The notes beneath the pieces were generated by a model. That model saw nothing but the letters and a program-made list of their open reading frames with translations. It did not search any database and was not told the DNA's origin. A program made the position numbers and the translations under genes. 64,000 bases of DNA. Origin: Penicillus capitatus. Taxonomy: Eukaryota > Plantae > Chlorophyta. Below are positions 1 to 10,710 of the stretch, one piece after another. Within the stretch, counting starts at the first letter, position 1, and each line of letters begins with the position of its first letter. Where the stretch lies: the NCBI GenBank assembly GCA_965649825.1, contig OZ287708.1:13001-77000 (forward strand), read 5' to 3'.

Positions 1-715
1 GAAAAGAGGCCACGCCGAATTCTAGACGTTGCGCTGTGTAAAGAGCTTCGAAGAGGCGATCGTTCGTCTCGCGCACTTACCTTCGAATTACGTCGCCGGC
101 TGTCGGCGGCACGCAACGACTCTTTTTTTCCATCACGGGCAAACGTGCTGTAGCTTGTACTGAGCCATACCCGATCCGTGCCGTTTCGAATCGATTTGCA
201 AGATGGAACTGCGAGCTGAACTGTTTAAGAATCCGGCACATCGACGGGCCCTTGTCTCTCGATCAATAGCCACTTCGTCGACATAGCCGCCACGAGTCTA
301 TTCTCATCCATAGAATACTTACGAGATCTCAGGCGCTGCAAGGACACCCGGCACTCGCGTGCACCTCACGGACAGAAGCGCAATACCGTTGTGTTACAGA
401 CAGGAATCATTGCGGCACACGAGAAGCTCGGCAATTGTCCACCCGTGGTCATACGGCGTGATGTGCTTGCTGCGTTTCGGAACCTAAGTGATGGCGCCTG
501 GTCGGAGTAGCCGTCGACCTCCTTTTGTCGGCGAGAGCAAATGCAGCGAAGAGATCAGCGGATACTAGACATCTTCGGCCCAGAAGTGGCGACGAAGTTG
601 GCCATGGAATGCGTTCTGCAACGCCGACCACAATAGTCGAAAAGGAACCGCTGACTTAGCGTTCCTTCGTCGAATCGTAACTCGCACGCAACGCAGCGTA
701 ACGGGAAAAGAGACG
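1..715 (+). pseudogene. Decayed coding-like fragment ('gene X', part B), left flank of repeat unit Y; product unidentified
   Basis: Homologous by eye to 9990-10710 and 41680-42080. Broken frames give protein-like text (e.g. RDVPAEFLNLS...MRRRDLWMPDGFAELMATRL in the 41816 copy). Stops and frameshifts in all copies. Confidence 0.35.
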
Positions 716-974
716 AACAGCTTACAATGCTTGTAAAATGTCACTCTTTAGAAGAATGTGATTTTCAGCAAAAAAAGTGTTACATTTTTGGTGCAAGGAA
801 GCTATTAACTCGTCACTCTTCAGAAAGTGTGGCATCCAGTGAAAAGTGCAGGTTTGGAAAAATGTGACATCCAATGATAAGTGCAAGGTCGGTGGTGCGT
901 GGAGGAAGAGATGCCCACTCCGCCACAAAGTCTACAGAGAAGGAGTGAGAAAGTGTGAGTGTGTGACAAGAGGA

Positions 975-1165
975 CTTACGGTCGGCGAGCGGCGCCTCAC
1001 AGTGCGGCGCGGGCGGTCTCCCTGAACGAACACTGATACCGATTCCAGTCAGAGTGCGCGAGGAGAACGAAATGCAACTGAGGATCGACTACTAGGAAGC
1101 AGGTATGCCACTCTCGGTGCAGCGACGCGCAGCGCGGACATGCAGGAAAGGGGTCATGACATGAA
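975..1165. other. Near-invariant GC-rich block B of unit Y
   Basis: About 190 bp with only ~3 differences versus 10950-11140 and 42313-42500, while the flanks diverge heavily. Followed on the minus strand by a GTAAGT...CTGTAG ~47-bp intron-like segment. Confidence 0.8.
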
Positions 1166-1424
1166 GGAAGGGAAAAGGGACCCGACCGAGTAAACACAAT
1201 CACAACAGGAAACAGCAAAAACAAAGAGAAATAAACACATGCAGGTAGGCAAACAGGCAGGAAAAGGTAAAAGGAACAGTGAACACGTAGGGAAAACAGG
1301 AAGACATGCAAGCAGCAAAGGAGATAGACACAGGAAAGGAAAGGATGACAAAAACAACAGGGGGAGACAAAGAGAGACACCCAGGAGGGAGGAGAGAGGA
1401 AAAGGAACAGAAAAGACGGTCCTG

Positions 1425-1600
1425 GGTGTTGAGAGCAACACACCACCGCCGTTCATCGGCAGTGTACATCCGCCTGCCCCGTGTGCGCGACCCCGAAAGG
1501 CGGGCAGGTCGCCAAGGCCCTACCCGCTGGTGCCGCGAAGGGTGTGCGGCACCGCTGCCTCGGGGTGGGGTAGTGGATGCGTTTTGCTGGCGGCGGATTC
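1425..1600. other. Near-invariant GC-rich block A of unit Y with hairpin/pseudoknot potential
   Basis: Nearly identical to ~11390-11560 and ~42750-42920. Contains a GGTGCCGC/GCGGCACC stem and overlapping CCTGCCC/GGGCAGG and GCGACC/GGTCGC pairings. Confidence 0.75.
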
Positions 1601-1729
1601 GGTGCTCTGGATTCTGATTAACTCCAAGCTCGATGCATTCTCCATGTTCTTGGTCGCTGGCCATGAGGAGCGGATTCTCTAAGTGACCGGCCAGTTTTTC
1701 ATCCCGAATCTATTATTCAATCGCATCAA

Positions 1730-4330
1730 AAACATGAAAGGAGTTGGCAGGTAGCCTTACTCTTGATTCTTGGTATCAGCGAGAGGTCTCTGCGCTGTGG
1801 CAACGACAGAGGCGGAGATTGAGACCACTTCGCCTGGCCAAGAGTCCGCGGCATCAACAGAATGAAGCTGAGAATGTCTTCTATCCAGTGATGAACTTGA
1901 TCAGTCTTCAAGTTGTTGTCTCTCCAGTCAGTCTTCGGTAGCCAATGGCTTAGATGCTTCCTCTTCCCGTGCACCCAGAGAAGAACGCCTGAATCCGTGG
2001 GTGATGGGACTCCTGATGAGGGCTCTGTCTCCAGCCATGTCTGCTGGGACTCATCTCTTGTGCGGAGAAAGATGTTCCTCTTATCTCTGTAGACCGTCGC
2101 ACCGTTCAGAGAAGAGAGTGCAAAAGAATGGCAAACCTCTCGATTTCATCTTTCGAGTGGGTGCTGCTGATCTTTGTCTGTGGCAGACTAAAATCTGACT
2201 GCTTACTGCAGCTTCAGTCCAGAGCTGCTTCGCAAAGGCATCTCGTTTGCAAGACCGACTCTTCCCTTCCAGAGGTGTTGGTGGTCGGGAAATGAAGAAG
2301 TCCTGTCCGCTGCAGATTACAGTCCTTTGGACAAGACATTGACGCCTGATGGAGAACCCCGACCGGACTGGGACACATACATCACTCTTTCCAGCTGATG
2401 CGATGTGTTGCTCTACAACGAACATCCTTCCACTGCCTGGGACACCGTGATCAAACGCACTCTAAGACTTTAAGGCTGACCTTAATGTGGTGAGTCGTCT
2501 ACTGGGAGATTGAGCTTGAATGGATGGAGGTTGTGGATCCTGTCGATATATCTTTGAGGCCAGTCCTATCAGTTCGGAGTTCCACATGCCCCAGAGTGTC
2601 ACCGTGACCAGTCAGTCTTTCTTCGATGACCATGGACGCTTCCTTTGTCTGGACAAAGTCTGGTCATCTATTCAACAGCGTCCTCTACCTTCACAAGGGC
2701 CCGGAGGGATCATTTAAATGTGTGACTCCTTTCGGTGATCTCACCTGTGAGATGGAGCACTGTTGGCGTGCCTTTAGGCTTCTTGAGATATGCTTGCCAG
2801 ACGCATTCGGAAAGCACAGTATGCCAGTCGGCACATTGACTCTGGGAAGGTGAGGCATCTCCAGACTGGCGGCAACTTTACGCATAGTGATCACTCTCAC
2901 AGTCGATCCAGTTTTCTGATAGGTGCTATATACACTTGATGCGGAAGAAACTGCGTTTGTTTCCCTTGGATGGATGCTTCTATACATCAGCTGCATTCCT
3001 GAGAGTTTGGCAAATCTGACTGCTTCATCTTGGCACATCTTAGACGGATGAACTGTTGTTTTGTGTCTGACCTCTGAGAGACTAAGGATGATCCGGACCA
3101 GACTTGCCCGGACATGCGTTCCAGGATCTTTCGAGAGAACTTTCACTGTCAACCTCATAAAAGCTTCTGAGCAAGAGTGACATCTTCAAAATGACGAAAT
3201 GCTTGTGCTTCAAATCATATCTCCCAGTGGATACCCGCCTCCTCTGCTTGGTGCCGAATTCCATTGATGCTACTGTGCATCAGCTGCGTTCTGAGGATAG
3301 GCGAAATCGATTGCTTCATCTTGCCAGGTGTGGACGAACTGCACTTTGTTTTGCGTTCTCCGAGAGGAGAAGAGTGATCCATTAAACTTCCCCGAACAGT
3401 CTCTTCGGATTCTTTTGCTGTGCTTTAGAGCACAAGGCAACACGGCGGATTCTTCACAGGCGTGGCAGCTCATACTGGCAAGAGGCTAGCTCTTCCTGGC
3501 GGCTCCATCACTTTCGCGTTCTGTCAAATTTCTTCGTGAAATTCTGAGCATCCGCGTCACTGAAATATGCCAGATACCTACAGATGGATGTTTCGTACAT
3601 CTCAAGGTATCCAAAAAGACGTCGCCGAAACCTGCTCCGGTCTCATTCTGGAAAGACCGGTCATGTCTCTGTGGGATGCTCGCAAACCAACAAGACATCA
3701 CATCTCGTTGTGCTGTGCCGATGTAGGCACGCATCAGACACTCGACCGACTGGATCCTCTTGCATGAAGCTCCTCATCTCTTGAAAACACGCTGAGCGGT
3801 TCCTTCCTCGAAGCATTTCCTGCACAGTCTGGATCACAACGCATCTGGAAAACATGACAGGTCTTACAGTGGAGGATTGGATGAATGGTTGTCCATGCAA
3901 GCACTCTGGTGGCAAACGGCGTGTTCCAGAACAGAGAGTCTGTGTTCAAAGGACTGTCTATTTTCATCGCCATGGACCTTATCACTCTCCTTCGTCGTCA
4001 GATGCACTCCATGCACTTCTCTGTCACACTCAGTGCTCTTGGCCGCGGTGACTTCGCCGCTGTCCACTCACTGACAACGCAAACCGAGGTCCAGAATCTC
4101 AAAGAACGGCGAAAGACGATTCGTGGCTTCTCGACGAGCCGAGTCCATGCAAACTGGTTCGTTTCTGATGACGATTCTAGAACCACAGAGGAGTTAGGGT
4201 TCTGAAAATGGACTAAGATCGACTCACTCTCTTCATGTCATTGAACACAATTCATAGTGCGCTTTCTCGTCGCTGCCTTCAAGGCACCATCCGTTGTTCT
4301 TGCCTTGAAACGGACAACACAACTGGAACG
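1730..4330 (-). mobile_element. Decayed non-LTR (RTE-like) ORF2: AP endonuclease-RT-C-terminal Zn finger remnant
   Basis: Fragmented frames. Paralogous copies show LSQGVPW (GVPQG-like RT motif, 12691-12882), QVGFS (44280 ORF) and C-terminal CCRGLFTSRSGLNLRFCRHH (~11770-11850). An APE-like NTPF...WTTIHP segment is present. Confidence 0.6.
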
Positions 4331-4379
4331 AAAAAGCAGAACAGGGATATCTTGAGCAGCACATTCAAACTAAACGTGT

Positions 4380-5470
4380 CAGCCTCCATCCACGATAAAA
4401 TAAAGAGTAGGACACGGCAACTCCGGACAGCGAGACAGCAGGTAGGATCATCCGGACAGCGAGACAGCAGGTAGGATCATCCGGACAGCGAGACAGCAGG
4501 TAGGATCATCCGGACAGCGAGACAGCAGGTAGGATCATCCGGACAGCGAGACAGCAGGTAGGATCATCCGGACAGCGAGACAGCAGGTAGGATCATCCGG
4601 ACAGCGAGACAGACAGCAGCAGGCTGGGACAGTACAGCCTCTAGACAGGAAACCGGCAGGTAGAACACGGCAGAGCTCAGGGCAACAAAACAGCAAGTAG
4701 AACTCGGCAGTCTCCGTCCAAAGTAAAGAAAGAACTATGACATACAAGCCTCGCAACTGCAAAATACCGAGTAGGATGCGGTAGCCTCCATGCAGCAACA
4801 CATCTCCGTTGAGCAAAACAGAAATAAAACGATCATAGCCTCTCCACAGAGCACACCAAATAGGATGCGGTAGCCTCCGTGCAGCTAGACAGCAGGTACG
4901 AACAAGACAGTCCAGTGGAGTGAAACAGAAAACAAAATGACCACAAATTCAAGGCAACAAAACAGCAAATGAGACATGAGACCATCCGAGCAGTTTAGCA
5001 GCTGAAAAGACATGGCATCATGCAGGCAGCAAGAGAGCAACTGGGACATGCCAGCCTCCGTGCAACAGCTCAGAAATCAGAACGATGCTAGCCTCCAGGC
5101 AGCAGATCAGAAATCAAGACGATATCATCCTCAGGGTAACAAAACAGCAGGTAGAACGATGCCAGCCATCGTACAGCAGATCAGAAATCACAGCAACGCC
5201 AGCCTCCAGACAGCGAGAGATCAGGTAAGACAACGCCAGCCTCCGTGCAGCAGATCAGAAATCAAAGCAAGGCCAGCCTCCGTGCAGCGAGACAGTAGGT
5301 CGGATCATGGCAACCTCCGGACAGCAAAACAGCAAACATGACAACGACAGCCTCCCACAGCAAATGACAGCAGGTAGAACCATGATAGCCTCCGGGCAGC
5401 AAAACAGCTAAAACAAGGCCAATCACAACAAAGCGAAGGTTGATGGCCAGAAAACAGGAAAAAACAAGAA
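4380..5470. repeat. Degenerate ~30-bp minisatellite region (CAGCCTCC...CAGC motif), strongly T-poor on the + strand
   Basis: Recurrent gcagcctcc/cagcagatcagaaatc units. Equivalent regions at ~14310-15320, ~45700-46420 and ~52700-53850. Confidence 0.75.
4423..4612. repeat. Perfect 29-bp tandem repeat, ~6.5 copies
   Basis: CCGGACAGCGAGACAGCAGGTAGGATCAT starts at 4423, 4452, 4481, 4510, 4539, 4568 and 4597 (partial). Confidence 0.95.
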
Positions 5471-5509
5471 AACAGCACCCTTTGGATCTTTTTGTTTTTT
5501 TTATTTTTT

Positions 5510-5600
5510 GATGTCACACTTCTAAGTGTGATGTTATTTATTTTTTTATTTTTTTAAATTTTTTGACATCTCACACAAAAAAGTGTGAGATGTATGAGAA
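5510..5600. promoter_or_regulatory. Palindrome cluster in the AT-rich 3' region of gene Y
   Basis: TCACACT-tcta-AGTGTGA and CATCTCACAC-a7-GTGTGAGATG. Equivalents at ~15366, ~15428, ~46473, ~53980 and ~54060. Confidence 0.6.
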
Positions 5601-5684
5601 ATAAAAATTTTTTGTACTTTTAATTTTTTCTGCCCCCGCCAAAAAAACAGCTGTCGAAAGGGAGAAGACATTGGGCCCCTCAAT

Positions 5685-7011
5685 CTAATCCTGAATGAAA
5701 ACCTATACAAACAGTAGCAATAGATGAGAAAGGAAAAAAGAGTGACTTACGCATTCTCCAGAGAGGAAGAAGAGGCGCTCCGGGATGGCAGGACCGAGGC
5801 GTACACACTCTCCAGAAAGAAAATACGGCCGCGGAGGAATGCCCAACGGGCCGACCGAGAAGACAAAGGGGCGTGGGGGGATTGGTGGTGGGCAGTTGAG
5901 GGAAAAACGAGAGGTTCGTACCGGAAAGGGAGGGGGATAGAAAGGGAGTGAAAACTTCAAAGGGCGGGACGGGATGACCGGAGGAGGCGATGCGGGGATG
6001 CAAAAAACTCCCGGGCGTGGGGGGAAGAGAGGAGATTTTACAGGCTCTGGACAGGGAGGAGAAAGGGTGGGTTGTGGAGATGACGAGGGGGACCACTCCA
6101 TGGGAAAAGGGGGTGACGGCTGGAAAGGAGGAGGAGGCTGCTGAGGTTGCTGCGAAGCCGGAGGTGGGCACGGCGACTGATGCGCCTGGGACGGCGGCAC
6201 GGAAGCAGAAGGTCCAGAAGGCCAGAGAGAAGGCAGATCCTCCATTGGCTGAGGAGGCGATGGGGGCTCGGATGGCGGCATGGAGAGAGGAACCTCGGAT
6301 GGCTGCGTTGATTGAGGCTGGGACGGCGGCGGAGAACTCGGAGGCGGATTGCACGGAATATGCTGCTCAGGTGCCTGTGAGAACAAACCTGCTGAGTGAT
6401 CTTGGCCTGACGGCATCTTACCTCTCCGACTCCGGTCTCCATCTCAGACTGGCCCTGAGCCAGGCGTTCCCTCCTCTGTTCCGAGGAGAGAACCCTGGCT
6501 CGCCGTCCCCTGCGAGGCTGTTCGGTCTGGGCCCGCGGAGGCCCAAACCGAACAGGAGGGGCCTGTTGCTGCAGCAGCTCCTGGCCCCTCCGAGCAGTCG
6601 TCTGGGCCTTCAAGGCCCAGTACAACTGCTCGCGCTCGCCCTCCTCCATGTGCCTGAACGCTCTCGGAGGCCTGTTACCCAGGACCTCCTCGAGCGTTAC
6701 CTGGGAAAACCTAGTAGGAAACACACAAAGTCAGTAATGTCAGGAGCATGGCCAGAAAAGACGGTCAAGGTGCAGATATCCGAAAACAGGGAAAGAGAGA
6801 TGTGTCTGGAAGAACAGGACGGCGGATGCGTCGTTGTAAGCAAGTATGAGCGAACGAATGTGTCGGAATCGGTCGTATCCATGTGCATGGAGCGCGCCAT
6901 GCAACAGGCGGGTCGTTTTGAAGCGCGCGACGCGTCGAAACACGAGAACAGGACTTACGGTTTCCCAGGGTAGCCGTAGTCCTCTTCAGTCATCATTCGT
7001 ACGTCGGCCAT
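5685..7011 (-). CDS. Gene Y1: 4-exon Pro-rich orphan protein, 327 aa (exons 7011-6959, 6710-6422, 6374-5751, 5702-5685)
   Basis: GT-AG introns with conserved phases in three copies. Exon 1 is 53 nt and exon 2 is 289 nt in all copies; exon 3 indels are multiples of 3; the last exon is V[FL]I[QH]D-stop. Protein starts MADVRMMTEEDYGYPGKPFSQVTLEEV. Confidence 0.75.
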
Positions 7012-7086
7012 GGTCACTGAAGTCGGTCGCAGAAAGCAAACGGCAGGAACCCGAAACTCGAGTGCGGAAGGGTCAGCGACAGGACC

Positions 7087-7092
7087 TTTATA
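7087..7092 (-). promoter_or_regulatory. TATA box of gene Y1
   Basis: TATAAA ~75 bp upstream of the ATG, conserved at 16910-16915 and 47973-47978. Confidence 0.65.
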
Positions 7093-7689
7093 GGCCGCCT
7101 CGGTTGCGGCTCGCCGGCGGCCCGCGGAGGATGGGAACTGTGGCCGTTTGGCGGCGCCTGCATGCGCCGCCGGACAGAGATATGGCCGCCAGCGAGCCAG
7201 AATCGCAGGATTCTGTCGTCGGGACGCGCGACGCGGACGGGAGAGCGCTTTTGGATTCTAAGAATTGCGTTTTACAGGCAAGGCTGTCTGCAGTTTGTCG
7301 CTGTGCTCTCTCGTCTGAGTGTAACACGAGACGCATCTCATGCGGCTGTTGGACGCAAATCTCCGAACGGCGAACCGCTCGGAGGCAGCCCGGCGTTGCC
7401 TGAGCGGAGCGACGAGGAAGACGTTCTGTTTTGCACATGCGGCAAGGACTCGTCGTCGCGGCGGCCGTCTGTTTCGGACGTTTCCGCCACAGACGCCATC
7501 GAGACAGCGTTTCGCGAGGTGTAACCCGAGTCGGTTTGAGGAGTTGTCGGTGCCGCTAACTCCCTCGAACATGGAAGGCGCAACAGAACGGCCGGCCTCC
7601 TGTGACGACCAGACGACCACAGAGCCATTGTTCTAGTTTGTGTTCGCGCGAGGCGTCGCGTGTTTCGGAAGTCGCCGCTCATAGTCATT

Positions 7690-8290
7690 AACGAATCCGG
7701 TCGCTTTCTATGTCGGCTGTGCAGGCCTGCTGCCTTTTCTACGAAACCATCGATCGCACTGTATCGAGAACGAGTTGTGTGATGGAGCTGTCGATCACGA
7801 TCGGGCCAGTTTCGATCCCTGGCCATCGCCTACCTTCTTTCCGATATATTCTACTGCACGGCATGCGCCAAAGATTCAGATTGTCATAGGAACTGGCTGG
7901 AATACCGCTGGATTCTCATTGGAATCATCCTTGCAGTTCCATTCTTTGTGTCTCTGTGTTCTGAGACAATGAGAGGTCTGACGGAGAGCGTCCGTCTTCT
8001 GTTCGAAGGACACCTGTCGAAATTCGTTGCAACGAAACACGAGCAAATATCGCCAACTGCTCTGAGTGCGTGTGGCGTTCTATGACGATGTCGTCAGAGC
8101 TGGAGATGATCTCTTGTACGGCAAGAGCGTTGAGGAATGCATGTACAAGACCGTTGATCGTCGGCTCCTGTCTTTGCCGTTTGGACTGGCGATTCGGCAT
8201 TCCTCACCGAACACCGAGCGAGATACATGTCAATATCGACGTGCGGGACCGAGTCCAATAGATGCGTTGCATTCACAGAACTTGGCGCTT
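7690..8290 (+). pseudogene. Decayed 'gene X' part A (hydrophobic segment RWILIGIILAVPFFVSLC); unidentified
   Basis: Homologous to 17505-17943 plus 24896-25110 and partly to 41520-41680. In-frame stops present. Confidence 0.4.
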
Positions 8291-9989
8291 CCTTAGATGA
8301 TAGTGTGAGAAAACATACATTTGGTGATGAGCTCTGTGGACTGTAAAACGATTTCAGATGAGAGAGTGTGTCTGTTTACGATGAACGGGAGTGCCAACAG
8401 ACACTGGCTGTCGCGTATAGCACCTTTACCTGGCAGGCAAGGAACGCGTGGTTGTTGAGCCAGTGGTCACAGTCAATGAACCGTTGAGCAGGAAATCGAG
8501 GAGTTGCGGTGTACTGATGATGGCAGACACACAAGAAGACCGCATTAGAGGTCAGACAGAAGTGTCGAAATCTGGAATCCTAGATTCCTGACGAAAACGC
8601 AAGAGAGATGTCGAAACTCGTGCGTTGTCGGGGATGTGAGAAGCACTGAGATCGAGGTGATGCAAGGTACGGACTTAGGCAGAAGTGAAGCGTCACCGCC
8701 TGCTTCCGACGTGTGGATCAATGCGTGCGGGTGTCCACGCCTCGATGCTTCGGCTGACAAAGCGAAACGAGACACCAGCGGAGGATACCAGTCGTAAATT
8801 TGGTTGGCTACCGTACCAACGCTTCCACTTAAATAGCCTGCTCAAAGAACTGATGGGCGCATGGGTTCGATGCTCGAATACATCTCACGTACTCTGTTTT
8901 GCCACAATGTGTTCCTTTCTAGCTGTGGCCGTTGTCGTTGCCTTACCGTCGCATCGGTTTTGACGCTGTTTTCAGAAATCGATTCTATTTCTCTATCTAT
9001 TCATATATTGAGTGCGCTGTGCACTTGAATACTTTATGCATTGTATTCGTGCTTTTAATCTCCAACGAAATGTGGTTTCGCGGCTTTGTCTGTGGCCGTT
9101 GTTGAGAAAGCGGTTTCTTGTTCAGAGCGAACATGTAAATCTAACACTGTAGAATAGACGGTCGACGAGGAAAGACTCCTTGCGGCCACATTTTATTCAA
9201 ATCTCCATTCTCCAGAGATTTTTGAGTGGATCTGTTGATGGGATAGACGACTCAGGCAAAAACACTATTCTTATCTAGTATGCTTATCGTTGAATTGCTT
9301 TGAACCATTATTGTTTCCAGTTCTTAAGCTTTAGCACTCCGGGAATCACTGTTAACGTAAGACATCCTATCAAACCTACGAAAACAGAGTTGCCTGTATG
9401 TATGTAAAAGATGTAACTCCAATCATGTTCCCATGTCGACGACATCGGCTTTCGGATCGGCGTTGCCATTTAGCGAGCGTTCAAATCTATTGTCGACGAT
9501 CTTCTAGACATTGAATAAACGATACGCGGAGTCGCGTAGACCTCGCTGTCGCGTCAGGAGACGCTGAAAGACGAACAATTGTGCAGGCCTCGTAGAGGGA
9601 TTCGTCAAACACAATCAACGCGGACTGGAGAAAGGCAGATCGCCCAGATCAGAGAGAGGCCCAAGATGTGGGGCGGCAGGAATGTCGGTCGAAGCGCTGA
9701 ATGTCATAGCGCCAGTCCGCTGTCGCCATCTAAGCTGTTGAACACGCATTCCTGGAAGCCTGCGCTCTACGGCGTCTCGCGACTGCGTCCTCTCCAGAGT
9801 TCACACTCTTCTTACAACTATTCGCCTTTTATCGAAGTCTTCTGTGTTCTTCTGTTACCCTTTGCTTCAACTTCGACGTCGCCAAGGCGATAAAACGAAA
9901 AACAGCCCGTTCGTCGTGCCAATGCGTGCACGCTCTTCTTCGTCCCAAACAGCTGCACGGATTGTAGTGCGCTCACTCATCAACAGTGG

Positions 9990-10710
9990 AAAGAGTCTGC
10001 CTAGAATACTAGTAGATGCTCTGTGTAGATAGTTCGAAGAGGAGATCGTTTGTCTCGCGCACTTATCTTCGGATCACGTCGCCGGCTGTCGGAGACAAAC
10101 AACGACTCTCTGTGTTGCTACGGGCGAACGTGCCGTCGCTCGTACTGAGCAACGCCAGAGCTGTGCCGTTTCGAGTCGGCTGGCAAGATGACAGGGCGAG
10201 CTATATCTGCTCAAGAGTCCGGCACACCCACGAGGCTTTCGCCTCTTGCTCTCCCTTAACCATATCGTAGACGCAGCCACCACGAATCTATTCTCATCCT
10301 CAAGTACGCTTACGAGATCTCAGACGCTGAACGTACACGCGGCGCTCGAGTGTACTCCTTTCGAAGAGAGGAATGGCGCCGTAAGGTTTGTTACATACAG
10401 GCGACATATAACAGCTGAGCAATTGTCCACCCATGGTCACGCGGCGCGACATGTTTGGTCGGAACTTAAGTCGCCGTTGCTTGCTCGAAGCCGGCATCGT
10501 TCTTGTCTGGCAGCGGATTCGGACGCGGATGCGCCGAAGAGATCAGTAGATGCCAGACGCTTTCGCCTAGCTGATGGCGGCCAGGTTGACGTCGCATTGA
10601 GTCCTGTAACGAATTCAGAAAGTCGGGAATGGGGTCGATGTTTTGGTTTTCCGTCGTCAATGGTAACACGCAACGTAACGAGAAAAGAGACGAACAGTTT
10701 ACAATCCCTG
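9990..10710 (+). pseudogene. Decayed 'gene X' part B, second copy
   Basis: Collinear with 10-715, with heavy divergence. Confidence 0.35.

Larger units (their letters stand above)
720..7680 (-). repeat. Composite repeat unit Y, copy 1
   Basis: Collinear with 10710-17500 and 42085-48567. Order on the minus strand: conserved 5' region, TATA, 4-exon gene Y, palindrome cluster, minisatellite, LINE ORF2 fossil, two GC blocks, AAGTGTGA motif array. Confidence 0.85.

Noticed and set aside
997-1456. Cys/Leu/Phe-rich 'membrane' ORFs in the A-rich linker and minisatellites
   Set aside because: Products of low-complexity, strand-skewed sequence with frame-breaking indels between copies.
1440-1600. HDV-like or hammerhead ribozyme in blocks A/B
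   Set aside because: Could not fit P1-P4 with a proper L3 and J4/2. The CTGAGGA and CGAAA in block B are too close and in the wrong arrangement for a hammerhead. Left as generic structured-RNA candidates.
720-5640. TIR DNA transposon bounded by the two TCAC/GTGA clusters
   Set aside because: No extended terminal inverted repeat or TSD found; similarity is at motif level only.
5990-6973. 327-aa plus-strand ORF over gene Y1
   Set aside because: Not conserved as an ORF in copies 2 and 3; splice signals, TATA and frame conservation are all on the minus strand.
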